Positions 25,106 to 38,054 of a DNA stretch of 64,000 bases are shown in pieces. The stretch is from the NCBI RefSeq assembly GCF_044704955.1, contig NC_091981.1, forward strand, positions 176,576,001 through 176,640,000, written 5' to 3'. The translations under genes were made by a program, and so were the position numbers. Source of the stretch: Pristiophorus japonicus (Eukaryota). The first letter of the stretch is position 1, and each line of letters begins with the position of its first letter. The notes beneath the pieces are model-generated. The model made no database searches. It had not been told where the DNA came from and was given only the letters and a program-made list of their open reading frames with translations.

Positions 25106-25352
25106 TGTCATGTATTCAACTATCATTGTAACCCATGTATAAGCTGACCTAAGTTGTATACCTTGAGAATACTGACCACAGGGGGCGAACTTGTGGGAGA
25201 CACACCTAACCTGGACTTTCCGGTATTAAAGGGGAAGCTCCACCCACCGTCTGTCTCTTGAGCCCTTGGTAATAAAGGTAACAGATCACAGAGTGATCTT
25301 CTCACAAGTATAGACCTCGTGTGCATTTATACTGTATAGTAAGGACATATTA
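25106..25352 (+). repeat. 5' LTR of Gypsy B
   Basis: Direct repeat of 29602-29848, with TG...TA ends. Confidence 0.95.
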
Positions 25353-28300
25353 TTGGCGACGAGAAACTGGGATTTAAACCACACAAGCATGGCCACTAGC
25401 AGCACAGAAGAGAGGTACTGTGTTGGTGATGATTGGGACGACTTTATTGAGAGACTACAGCAAAGTTTTGTCACTAAGGAATGGTTGGGACAGTATTCGG
25501 CCGACAAACGGAGGGCTCATTTCCTGACCGTTTGTGGATCCAGAACGTACTCCCTGATGAAGGACCTTCTAGCGCTAGAGAAGCCTGCGGACAAGATGTT
25601 TGAAGAGCTCAGTAAGTTGATCGGGGAACACCTTAAACCGGCGAGCAGCGTGCACATGGCGAGGCACCGATGGCGAGAAGGGCAAAGCGTTCCAGACTTC
25701 GTGGCAGATCTCCGGCGACTGGCGAGCCTATGTAAGTTCCCAGATGCATGCAGAGCGGAGATGCTGCGAGACTTTTTTTATTGAGGGCATCGGGCACGCT
25801 GGGGTTTTCAGGAAACTGATTGAGACCACAGACTTGACCTTGGAAGCAGCGGCTCTGATAGCCCAGACAATTATCTCAGGGGAGGAAGAGGCCAGAATGA
25901 TTTATGGCAACAGTCTTGGCTCAAATACGGCAAACGACCAGGGAGTCAACATTGTTAACGTGGCACACAGTTCTCTAGGCAGACGAAGGCAATCGGTCAT
26001 GCCCCAGCATGCAGTCGAACCCAAAGGGGGAATTCAACAGAGACAATGTCTAGCTGAACGGCGATTTATGCCATCGCAATGGACAATGCGGCCAGTAATG
26101 GGGCCATCAACACCTGTGAATGGTGCGCTTAAGGACAGTTATAGAGAGAGTCAGAGACGCTCGACTGGTAATGGACCTTTTGCTTCCGACAATGGGGCCT
26201 CTAGCTCATGCTGGAGGTGTGGAGGCAAACACCCAGCCAGAGCTGGCAGGTATCGGCAATATACCTGCAGAAACTGCAATGTCAGCGGTCACTTGGCACG
26301 TATGTGTAGGAAGCCTGCAGCCAGGTTGATGTACGAGGAGGACGGGCCTGAAGTAAGCCCAACGAGGCCAAATGAATACTGGAGGAAATCGCTGGAAGCT
26401 GAAGTTCAGCGAGTTCATGTGGAGCACATATACAGTTCATACACCAGGACGCCACCGATACTGATGAAAGTGCTCCTCAATGGCATCCCAGTATTAATGG
26501 AGCTAGACACGGGGGCCAGCCAGTCCCTGATGAGTATCAAACAGTTCGAAAGGTTGTGGGTGTCCAAGGCCAGGAGGCCAAAATTATTGCCGATTGATGC
26601 ACTGCTACGGACATATACAAAGGAGATCATTCGAGTGCTAGGCAGCGCCATGGTAGTCGTGACCCACAAAGATTCGGAGAACAGGTTGCCACTCTGGATT
26701 GTCCCAGGGGACGGTCCCGCACTACTGGGGAGGAGTTGGCTTGCTGTCATGAACTGGAAATGGGGCGATGTCAATGCAATTTCTTCTGTGGAGCGAGTAT
26801 CATGCTCACAGGCCCTGGACAAATTTGACTCATTATTTCAACCCGGCATTGGCACTTTCATGGGGACTTAGTTAGTGATTCACATAAACCCGGACGCCAG
26901 GCCACTACACCACAAGGCCAGAGCGGTGCCGTACGTGATGCGGGAAAGGACAGAATGCGAATTGAACCACCTGCTGAGGGAAGGCATCATCTCACCAGTC
27001 GAATTCAGTGACTGGGTGAGCCCGATCGTGCCGGTGCTCAAGGCAGGTGGATCGGTCAGGATATGTGGCGATTACAAGGCCACCATCAATCGCGTGTCAC
27101 TCCAAGACCAGTACCTGCTACCGAGAGCGGAGGACCTCTTTGCGACGCTATCCGGTGGCAAACTTTTTTCAAAATTGGACCTGACCTCAGCTTACATGAT
27201 CCAGGAGCTGGCGAGTGAGTCGAAGAAGCTGACCACCATCACGACACACAAGGGGTTGTTTGAATATAACAGATGTCCATTCGGGATTCGTTCGGCCGCC
27301 GCGATCTTTCAGCGAAATATGGAAAGCCTCCTCAAGCCGATTCCAAGGACGGTGATTTTTCAAGACGACATCCTCATCACGGGTCGTGATACTGAAGAAC
27401 ACCTCCACAACCTGGAGGAGCTGCTCCGCAGACTGGACTGGGTAGGGCTGCGACTGAAAAAGGCGAAGTGCGCTTTCTTAGCTCCAGAGGTAGAATTCCT
27501 GGGGAGGAGGGTAGGAGCAGACGGGATCAGACCTACTGCGTCCAAAACGGAAGCGATCCAGAGAACACTCAGATCCTGTAACACCACGGAGCTGCGTTCG
27601 TTCCTGGGGCTCCTGAACTATTTTGGCAACTTTCTTCCCAAAGTGTACAAGCTGTTAGAGCCACTCCACATGCTCCTACACAAAGGTCGTGATTAGGTCT
27701 GGGGGGACAGCCAGGAAAGGGCTTTTCATAGAGCACGCAATTTGTTATGCTCCAACAAACTGTTAACGTTATATGACCCGTGTAAGAAACTAGTTTTAAC
27801 GTGTGATGCGTTGTCCTATGGGGTCGGGTGTGTGTTGCAGCATGTGAATGCCAATGGTCAGTTACAGCCGGTAGCTTATGCCTCCAGAAGTCTGTCCCGG
27901 GCAGAATGGGGCTACGGGATGGTAGAAAAGGAAGCACTAACATGTGTATACGCAGTAAAAAAAATGCACCAGTACCTCTTTGGCAGGAAATTTGAGCTGG
28001 AGACAGATCACAAACCCCTAACGTCCCTTTTGGCCGACAACAAGGCCATAAATGCGAATGCATCGGCCCGCATACAGAGGTGGGCACTTACATTAGCCGC
28101 CTATGACTACACAATTCGGCACAGACCGGGCACTGAAAACTGCGCCGATGCACTCAGCAGGCTACCACTAGCCACCACTGAGGGGACAGCTGAGCATGAT
28201 GCTGAGATGGTCATGGCTGTTGAAGCTTTCGAAAGCGAAGGCTCACCTGTGACAGCCCGTCAGATTAAAGTCTGTACAAATAAAGACCCGTTACTGTCTT

Positions 28301-29601
28301 TAGTTAAGTAATGAGTCCTGAATGGGGACTGGGCAGTCACGTACAGGGCATGTCGAGGAGTTTAAACCCTTTCATAGACGCAAGGATGAACTCTCGATTC
28401 AGGTCGATTGCCTACTGTGGGGAAACCGAGTAGTCATGTCCCAGAAGGGCAGAGAGGTGTTTATCAGAGAACTTCACAATGAGCACCTGGGCATTGTCAT
28501 GATGAAGGCAATTGCCAGGTCACACGTTTGGTGGCCAGGGATAGATGCAGACCTGGAACTTTATGTTCGCAGGTGAAACACGTGTGCTGAGCTGGACAAC
28601 GCACCCAGGGAAACCCCGCTTAGCCCCTGGTCCTGGCCCGCCAAGCCATGGTCACGCATCCATGTGGACTACGCAGGTCCTTTCATGGGAAAAATGTTTT
28701 TGGTTGTAGTAGACGCCTACTCCAAATGGATTGAGTGTGCCATTTTAAATTCAAGCACATCCTCTGCCACGGTAGAAAGTCTACGGGCAATGTTCGCTGC
28801 CCACGGCCTACCGACGCCTTGGTCAGCGACAATGGCCCATGCTTCAGAAGCACTGAATTCCAGGACTTCATGGCAGGCAATGGAATCAACCATGTTAGAA
28901 CGGCACCGTTCAAGCCGGCCTCAAACGGCCAGGCGGAACGAGCAGTGCAGATAATCAAACAGGGGATGCTCAGAATCCAAGGGGGTTCCCTACAAAGCCG
29001 CTTATAACGCCTCCTGTTGGCCAATAGATCCCGACCACACTCGCTCATAGGGGTTCACCCACAGAGCTGCTAATGAAAAGGATGCTCAAAACCAGGTTAT
29101 CCCTTATACACCCTACTATGAAAGAAATTGTTGAGAGCAGGCGTCAGTCACAATGTGACTACCATGACAGGAATGCGAGGGCGCGATGTACTGATGTCAA
29201 TGACTCTGTTTTTGTCCTTAATTACGCTGCAGGGCCCAAATGGCTTCCAGGCACTGTGATTGCCAAAGAGGGGAATAGGGTTTTGGTAGTTAAACTTACC
29301 AATGGACAAATCTGCTGCAAACACGTGGATCAAACTAAAAGGAGGTTCAGCAATCCCATAGAAGAAGCAGAGGAAGAACACGACGTAGAGTTTACTCCAC
29401 CACAGGTGACCCAACACCGGAACCAAGTGGAGGAGAGCCCAGTCACTGTGGGCAGTCCAGACAGGCCTAAGGCACCGCAAACAGCAGACACTCAGGCCAG
29501 CGCCCAACAACCGGAGCCCCAACTCAGGTGCTCTACAAGGGAGCGTAAATCACCAGAGAGACTTAACCTGTGATCCCAATAAGACTTTGTGGGGGAGGTG
29601 A

Positions 29602-29848
29602 TGTCATAAATTCAACTATCATTGTAAGCCATGTATAAGCTGACCTAAGTTGTACACCTTGAGAACACTGACCACAGGGGGCGAACTTGTGGGAGACACA
29701 CCTAACCTGGACTTTCCGGTATAAAAGGGGAAGCTCCACCCACCGTCTGTCTCTTGAGGCCTTGGTAATAAAGGTAACAGGTCACAGAGTGATCTTTTCT
29801 CAAGTATGGGCCTCGTGTGCATTTATACTGTATAGTAAGGACATATTA
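29602..29848 (+). repeat. 3' LTR of Gypsy B
   Basis: Direct repeat of 25106-25352, following the PPT. Confidence 0.95.
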
Positions 29849-30072
29849 GCACCAATACCTGATATCCCTCTCTTCTGTTGTGTCCTCTAGCCTAGAACGA
29901 TTTAGTATATATTTGCAATCTCATTGCCTTGCATTTGTTCACCGTAACTACCATTTGCCACTCATCAGTCCACCATCCTAACCTTTCCAGAACCCTTTAT
30001 AGTTGGCTTGTTTTTTCCCTATTGAACCACTCCTCTCCCTCAATTTGTTGTCATCTACAAACATAGTTTGTT

Positions 30073-30215
30073 TCAACAACAACTTGCATTTATATAGCGC
30101 CTTAAATGTAGTAAAACATCTCAAGGCGCTTCAAAGGAGCGTTAACAAAATTCAATACCGAGCCACATCAGGTGATATTAGGACAGGTTGGTCAACGATG
30201 GAGGTTTCTGTCCTT
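30073..30215 (-). mobile_element. L2 LINE 3' tail fragment
   Basis: caacaacaacttgcatttatatagcgcc terminus shared with the L2 copies at 38055, 46630 and 56751. Confidence 0.72.
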
Positions 30216-30281
30216 AGCTCCAAATCTTTATAAACAACAATGACCACAAGTGACCGCTTGTCATATCTGCACAGCTCCATT

Positions 30282-32280
30282 AAGAACATAAGAACATAAG
30301 AATTAGGAACAGGAGTAGGCCATCTAGCCCCTCGAGCCTGCTCCGCCATTCAACAAGATCATGGTTGATCTGGCCGTGGACTCAGCTCCACTTACCCGCC
30401 CGCTCCCCGTAACCCTTAATTCCCTTATTGGTTAAAAATCTATCTATCTGTGACTTGAATACATTCAATGAGCTAGCCTCAATTGCTTCCTTGGGCACAG
30501 AATTCCACAGATTCACAACCCTCTGGGAGAAGAAATTCCTTCTCAACTCGGTTTTAAATTGGCTGCCCCGTATTTTGAGGCTGTGCCCTCTAGTTCTAGT
30601 CTCCCCGACCAGTGGAAACAACCTCTCTGCCTCTATCTTGTCTATCCCTTTCATTATTTTAAATGTTTCTATAAGATCACCCCTCATCCTTCTGAACTCC
30701 AACGAGTAAAGACCCAGTCTACACAATCTATCATCATAAGGTAACCCCCTCATCTCCGGAATCAGCCTAGTGAATCGTCTCTGTACCCCCTCCAAAGCTA
30801 GTATATCCTTCCTTAAGTAAGGTGACAAAAACTGAACGCAGTACTCCAGGTGCGGCCTCACCAATACCCTATACAGTTGCAGAAGGACCTCCCTGCTTTT
30901 GTACTCCATCCCTCTCGCAATGAAGGCCAACATTCCATTCGCCTTCCTGATTATCTGCTGCACCTGCAAACTAACCTTTTGGGATTCATGCACAAGGACT
31001 CAAAAGAGTTTCATGCACAAGGACCCCCAGGTCCCTCTGCATCGCAGCATGTTGTAATTTCTCCCCATTCAAATAATATTCCCTTTTACTGTTTTTTTTC
31101 CCCAAGGTGGATGACCTCACACTTTCCAACATTGTATTCCATCTGCCAAACCTTAGCCCATTCACTTAACCTATCTAAATCTCTTTGCAGCCTTTCTGTG
31201 TCCTCTACACAACCTGCTTTCCCACTAATCTTTGTGTCGTCTGCAAATTTTGTTACACTACACTCTATCCCCTCTTCCAGGTCATCTATGTATATTGTAA
31301 ACAGTTGTGGTCCCAGCACCGATCCCTGTAGCACACCACTAACCATCGATTTCCAACCCGAAAAGGACCCATTTATCCCGACTCTCTGCTTTCTGTTAGC
31401 CAGCCAATTCTCTATCCATGCTAATACATTTCCTCTGACTCCGCGTACCTTTATCTTCTGCAGTAACCTTTTGTGTGGCACCTTATTGAATGCCTTTTGG
31501 AAATCTAAATACACCACATCCATCGGTACACCTCTATCCACCATGCTCGTTATATCCTCAAAGGATTCCAGTAAATTAGTTAAACATGATTTCCCCTTCA
31601 TGAATCCATGCTGCGTCTACTTGATTGCACTATTCCTATCTAGATGTCCCGCTATTTCTTCCTTCATGATAGTTTCAAGCATTTTCCCCACTACAGATGT
31701 TAAACTAACCGGCCTATAGTTAGCTGCCTTTTGTCTGCCCCCTTTTTTAAACAGAGGCGTTACATTAGCTGCTTTCCAATCCGCTGGTACCTCCCCAGAG
31801 TCCAGAGAATTTTGGTAGATTATAACGAATGCATCTGCTATAACTTCCGCCATCTCTTTTAATACCCTGGGATGCATTTCATCAGGACCAGGGGACTTGT
31901 CTACCTTGAGTCCCATTAGCCTGTCCAGCACTACCCCCCTAGTGATAGTGATTGTCTCAAGGTCCTCCCTTCTCACATTCCTGTGACCAGCAATTTTTGG
32001 CATGGTTTTTGTGTCTTCCACTGTGAAGACCGAAGCAAAATAATTGTTTAAGGTCTCAGCCATTTCCACATTTCCCATTATTAAATCCCCCTCCTCATCT
32101 TCTAAGGGACCAACATTTACTTTAGTCACTCTTTTCCATTTTATATATCTGTAAAAGCTTTTACTATCCGTTTTTATGTTTTGCTCAAGTTTACCTTCGT
32201 AATCTATCTTTCATTTCTTTATTGCTTTCTTAGTCATTCTTTGCTGTCGTTTAAAATTTTCCCAATCTTCTATTTTCCCA
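30282..32280 (-). mobile_element. Young 5'-truncated CR1 LINE (RT domain)
   Basis: ORFs 31617-32129, 31086-31601 (QGSVLGP, KFADD) and 30382-30993, with an (AAGAACAT)n tail at 30282. Confidence 0.95.
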
Positions 32281-32284
32281 TTAT

Positions 32285-32790
32285 TCTCTCTGGTTTAGAC
32301 ACTTTTCAATCTAACTCAGATGCTCGTCTCCGAGCTCATGCCTTTCTACATTTTCGACAAATTGCTTTTGTGGCATTGTATCAGAAGCCTTGCTGATATT
32401 TAATAAATCACTTTCATAGAATTTCTGCTGGCAACAAGGTCTTTCATTTTCTGAAAGAACCTCAGTGAATTTGTTCGGCGAAACCTTCTTCCCACAAATC
32501 CATGCCTACTTCCTCTTGCTATATCATATCTATCTGGGTGTCCCATTAACCCCTCTTTCAGGATGCCTTGTAATATTTTACCGAAAACAGATGACTTGCA
32601 GTTCACTCGGTCATCTTTTTAAAGTCTGGTGCTATGTTACCGTTTTCCAAACATGAGGCATTAATGATTCCCTAAAGATAGTGACAAGGACGTAACCAAT
32701 TTCACTAGCCACCTCTTTAAGTACACTTATATTTAGACTATTAGGGCATGGTGTCTTGTCTTCCATTAACTTCCTTAGCTTATCAAATTT
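32285..32790 (-). mobile_element. Old CR1-clade RT fragment
   Basis: SSVFGKILQGILK...RHGFVGRR...NSLRFF (32400-32606), probably the upstream part of the element at 22810. Confidence 0.65.
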
Positions 32791-33064
32791 TCACTTGACA
32801 CATTACATACTAGTTACGAGCTAGGTGTAATATTCAGATGCACATTTACCTATAATTTTGACCATTATTATTGGCTCACAAAATGGAATATTTCCCCAGA
32901 AGTTAAGGATCTGCCCTCCAATTAGCCATTTGAAAAAATTCGTAAGGCAATTTCCAGTCAAGTTCAGCTGCTGAGCTCTTGTCTCACTTATACAAAAGGC
33001 TATTTGTTTAATAAATGCTCCTTTTAAAAGAAAATCATCCCTTTAGACATTGTATAGAGTTTAA

Positions 33065-34687
33065 GGCTGGAATTTTCCAGGGGATCAGCAGACGGGATCG
33101 ATGGCTGGTCAGGGTGAAATTTGAATTTTTTGACACCGGGTCGGGGACCCACAGTCATCCCGCTGCAACACGCCTTTCCCAATGACACGTCTGTGATTTC
33201 GGATCAGACCCAACTCAGAGAGGTGGGCGACCCAATTAAAACAATTATTGGCTTGTTGACAGACCCTTAATAATAGTTTTAACCTTACCGTTTAACTTTA
33301 ATTGCTCGCCCATGTGATCCACACTGCTCGTGGACCATTTCTGTTAACCTGAGTTAGGAGTTAAATGGGCATTGAATCAGCTGATTAGTCGACAGCTTAA
33401 AATGTACAATAAAAGCTCCCAACTCAGAGCTGTTCACTTTCCAAGTGCAGAAGCTGTTGCTTACTCCATTTAGAACACAGGTTGAGCTTTATGCAGGTTG
33501 AAAGTATCACCTCATTGGAACAACCTCTCTCACCATTGACAGATTGCTCTGTCATCTCAACTTCGCCTGCCATCTAAACTTTGGCTGTCATCTATTCTTT
33601 CAGCTTGGGTACTATTTATACTGTTTCACCTTGGTCCTCAGAATCTGACCACGATCAGACCCAACGCCAACAACAGCAGGCACAACAGCAGCACCAACAA
33701 CAACACCAACCTTCTCTGCAATCACCTGATGCTGTATAGGACAGAGGGCATCAGCACCTGAGCACATTGCTGTCCAGGAGGCCAGGCATAAAGCATTCCT
33801 ACAATGTCCAAGCCATTTCAGTCACTCTCATCACCATTGCAGGGGGTACTGTTCTGTCTCACCATTCACTGCAACTCACTAAGCCACTTCCAAAGGTGCA
33901 CACAAATCTGTCCAAGTGTTGAAAATAAAGGTTTCATTGTTTGACAGCACATTAACAGAAACTTTACATGAACATTGGCTGAAACACTCAAGTGCCTTCC
34001 CTTGTGTGTTGTTAGTTGGTATGATTGCATTCGGATGAGGGGAGTGTGAGGGGTAGTTAGTGAGATGGGATGTGATAATGTCGACAGAGAGAGGGGGATG
34101 GGTGGAGGTGCAAGGTAAGTTGGGGTGAGTAAGGATGTGCAGGAGTAGAGTAGGGAAGGTACAGCAGGATGAAGGCGAGTGTGACTTTGTACTCGCCTTT
34201 CTTGATCTAATAAGATAATTGAAAGATTTGCGTCACTGCACCTAGGGCCCCTGATGACATCCCTGCTTGTGACCTTCCTCTGCAATGTGCCACCAGGCTG
34301 TCTTGGTCGCCTGGAAAGGAAGAGAACCTCCCTGCGTGCTCTGACTCCCTCCATAAGCATATGGATGGAGTCATGGGAGAACCTGGGTGCAGCCCGCCAC
34401 CTTTGTGCAGTGATTGTCAGCGTGTGCAGCACTTCAATGCTGTAGAACACTGACAGCACAAACGTCAAATGTAAGGTGGCCATGGTCCCTTTAAGGAAAC
34501 TGGCTCAAGATATGTCATAAATGATGTCACCACTCCACCTAATTGGACCGGGAACACGCTGGGCGAGCTTAACAAGCCCCATTGAGGTAAGTTCATTTTA
34601 GGCAGCGGGATGGAGCCAGTAGAGGGGCCGCAACTCACCATTGACACTGGCCGCTCCGGACCCACTAAAGCGAGCAAAATCTCGGCC
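33065..34687 (+). mobile_element. PIF/Harbinger internal-deletion derivative
   Basis: TAA|GGCTGGAATTTT...AAAATCTCGGCC|TAA (imperfect TIR, TAA TSD). Gln-rich transposase leader at ~33650-33790 on +, and a Myb/SANT remnant RAAPRFSHDSIHMLMEGVRARREVLF on - (~34200-34410). Confidence 0.8.
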
Positions 34688-35978
34688 TAAAAGTGGGGTC
34701 TCCTATTCAAACTTTTGTTGACCAAAAAAATTATAGCCTGCATTACAAATAATTCACCCTAGTCAGAATTGGTCAGATTTCAGAGTATTATTACACAAAA
34801 ATAAATTATTTAGCATTTAAATCTTTGACAGACTATAACATTGCTGATATTGTAAACCTAGAGAAATATTGTACAAAAACTAATTCAGCACTGAAAGGGT
34901 TTAAAATAAAGTTGATATTCTTGATATGGAATAAACAAATTTCAGAGCACAATGGGAACTCGATGAACTACAATGTGGCAAAGCAGCTTTTACTGTATAC
35001 AGCACGCTTAAAAGTTTTAGGCCAAAGAAGATCAAGCAACAAATGACAGGATCTCCCTGGAGCTGTCCTATGCGGAATAAATATGCACTTGAATCATTTC
35101 CCTTGTGTTGTTTGCTACTATTCTAAAAATGTGGATTGAAAAGCACAGCTGTTATACTGTGATTTGAAAAGAATTCTTCGAAATCACTGTAGACATTTAT
35201 CAATGGGTAATAATGAATGCCGTTTCATACATCTGGGTATAACATGCAAACTGAATAGTCCTGCTTCCATCCTTTAACTGTCCTCATCCGTGTGTGTTTC
35301 ACTTTTCTGATGTGTACATCATATGACTTAGCTTTGACATAAATTTATAATTTAACAGAAACTTAGTTTTAGATCTAGGTCTTAGTTATAATATCCAATG
35401 AGGAATACGATTCCTTGTCATAAGAACATAAGAGCATAAGAAATAGGAACAGGAGTCGGTCTGGTAGAATGAAAACCAAAATGGGTTTTGGGAGTTTGGA
35501 CTTGTGTATGATTTTGAATATATTGAACTATAAAAGAGAATAGCAATTTAGGTCGTTTAGATATGGTCCAACTTTGGCTCAGATTACAAGCAAAGTCATT
35601 TCTTCAATCCCAATTAGAGAGTTCACCCTGATAGATTGCTTTAAAAAAAAATTCAGAAACGTTATTTTGTTTTGTTGCTGTAATTTATTCAGTGTCCTTC
35701 TTCAGAGATCACAGGAGTGCACTAGTTGGCAAGGTTTAAAGTCAGTAGTTGTGAAAGATTACAGCTGCAAATTGACCTGAACCAGTCTAAAACACCCTAT
35801 TGTACCATGTACATATAAGAACAATACTTGATGAAAGCAGGTTTAGATCCTCAGACACAGTTACTGGAAGTCATGTTTTATATAACCACAGCAGGACAAG
35901 AAGACAGTACACACTCCCTGGGAACTTCTGATGAAAATTAGTAACAAGTTCCTCATGTTGGACCAATTCAAGACAAGT

Positions 35979-36742
35979 GGGGACAAAATTGCCCTGCGCT
36001 AACGGGGTTTAAGTGTTTTCGCCCCGGAGGGGGGAGAATGATGACGGGGGGGGGGGCCTACCGGCTCCCGTGAAATTGCGCGGGAGTTAGCCGAGGTGCA
36101 AAACCGGTAGCGCCATGCCCGCGCTGGTAGCACCCCGGGCCATTGTGCCTTTAGCGCTGACGCCATCACCATGTGCAGCAACCCCTTTTCGCCCTGTGGC
36201 AGAAATTGTGCAACGCCCTGTGAGGCTGCTGCGGGCGATGTCAACGGCAACCTTACGGGTTGCAAACCGAGCCACACTTTGCTCACAGGACGAAACTTAA
36301 AGAGGAGGTGTAGTCCGCTCTCCAACTTACCGGTCTGGCCTTGGAGTCCATTTTTGCAGGATCCGTGCCGTGATCGTGCAGCCCGGCACTCTGTTTCGGT
36401 GGTGGGCTACAGCCATGGCATCCTGCATCCCCGCTGGCCTAGTGGAGGTCGATCAATAGCCCTGCAGAGCTCGCAGTGTCCCTCCCCTTTAATGGAAGGA
36501 GAGGGCCCTTGGAATGCATCAGCGATACGCGGAGAGGCTGCGTAGCAATCCAACGTTCACCACAGGTAGAACCCCCGAGCCCGCCCCGAGAGGAAGTGGA
36601 GTGCCTGACATTGCACTCCACTTCCTGTCAGGGATGGTAAGCCCAATTTCGCTTCCGGGGTGGGACTTCTGCATTGGGTGCAGAATGCCCGGCCTCTGAA
36701 AGGTTACCGTCCCCAAATGGGGCGAGACACAATTCCGGCCCC
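35979..36742. mobile_element. GC-rich Harbinger-like MITE
   Basis: AGT|GGGGACAAAATTG...CAATTCCGGCCCC|AGT (imperfect 13-bp TIR, 3-bp TSD), non-coding interior. Confidence 0.75.
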
Positions 36743-36779
36743 AGTATCTCTAAACATACAACAACATTAACAGTGTACA

Positions 36780-38054
36780 GAAATAGGAGGATAGAGCAGA
36801 TGAATGCGTGGCTGGAGAAATGGTGCAAGAGGGAGGGCTTTAGATTCCTGAGGCTTTGGGACCAGTTCTGGGTGAGATAAGACCTATACAATTTGGACGG
36901 ATTGTACCTCAACAGGGCCGCGACCAATATCCTTGCGGGGAGGTTTGCAAGTGGTGTTGGGGAGAGTTTAAGCTAGCTTGGCAGGGGGATGGGAATCTGA
37001 GCATAGATTCAGAAGGGAGAGAAGCAAAGCTGGAAATGGAAGGCAGAAAATTAGTAAATGCATTTGAAAGGTAGAGGCAACAAATACTAGAAAATAGACA
37101 ACAAAGAGGTTTGGCAGTGCCTAATGGTATATACTTCAATGCAAGGAGTCTAGTAAATAAGGCAGATGAGCTGAGGGCACAGATAGACACATGGAAGTAT
37201 TATATCATAACTTTTACTGAAACATGGATGAAGTAAGGGCAGGAATGGCAGCTCAACATTCCTGGTCACAGGGTTTTCAGATGAGACTAAGAGAGGGATT
37301 AAAAAAAGGAGGGAGTCGCAATATTGGTTAAAGAATCAATTACAGCTGTGAGGAGGGATGATATATTAGAAGGGTCATCAAATGAGGCCATATGGGTTGA
37401 ACTGAAGAACAAAAAAGGGGTAATCACACTACTGGGAGTGTACTATCGACTCCCAAATCGTCAGAGGGAGACAGAAGAGCAAATATGTAGGCAAATTTCT
37501 GAGAAGTGCAAAAACAATAGGGTAGTAATAGTAGAGGATTTCAACTATCTTAATATTAATGGGGATAGAATCAGTGTAATAGGTATAGAGGGTGCAGAAT
37601 TCTTAAAATGCATTCAGGAGAACTTTTTAAGTCAGTATATAACAAACCCAACAAGAGAGGTTGCGGTTCTGGGCTTTGTTTTAGGGAATGAAGCTGGGCA
37701 GGTGGAAGGGGTATCAGTGGGAGAGCATTTTGCTGCTAGTGATCATAATTCAGTTAGATTTGGCGTAGTTATGGAAAAGGACAAAGATAGACCTGGAAAA
37801 TGCCAATTTTACTAAGCTCAGATGTGATTAAGCAAAAGTGGACTGGAAACAGCTACTGGAAGGTAAATCAGTGTCAGAGCAGTGGGAGGTATTCAAGGAG
37901 GAGATAGTGAAGGTTCAGAGCAAATATCTTGCCACAAAGAAAAAGGCTGGGACTCCCAAATCTAGAGCCGCTTGGATGTCAAGGGGCATACAGGGTAGAA
38001 TAAGACAAAAAAGGGAAGCTTATGTCTGAGCCATAAATTTCTATGATTCTATGA
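36780..38054 (+). mobile_element. CR1 LINE fragment (ORF1 end plus endonuclease) joined to a short tail
   Basis: MNAWLEKWCKREGFRF, YFNARSLVNK, LGVYYRLPN and SDHNSVRF, then ttctatgattctatga at ~38040. Confidence 0.88.

Larger units (their letters stand above)
25106..29848 (+). mobile_element. Gypsy/Ty3 LTR retrotransposon B (full length, ORFs broken), related to element A
   Basis: 247-bp LTRs at 25106-25352 and 29602-29848, TSD GCACT/GCACC, PBS TGGCGACGAG and PPT GGGGGAGGTGA. Gag with CCHC knuckles, ELDTGAS, FQDDIL, TCDA...ETDHKPL, and integrase DYAGPF/SDNGP/NGQAER. Confidence 0.96.

Noticed and set aside
30850-31719. 289-aa plus-strand ORF (also 38310-38804, 38886-39290, 13579-14022)
   Set aside because: These are antisense shadows of CR1 ORF2 with no independent evidence of coding.
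33866-34483. 205-aa ORF as a novel gene
   Set aside because: It is a read-through of a frameshifted Harbinger Myb exon into intron-like sequence.
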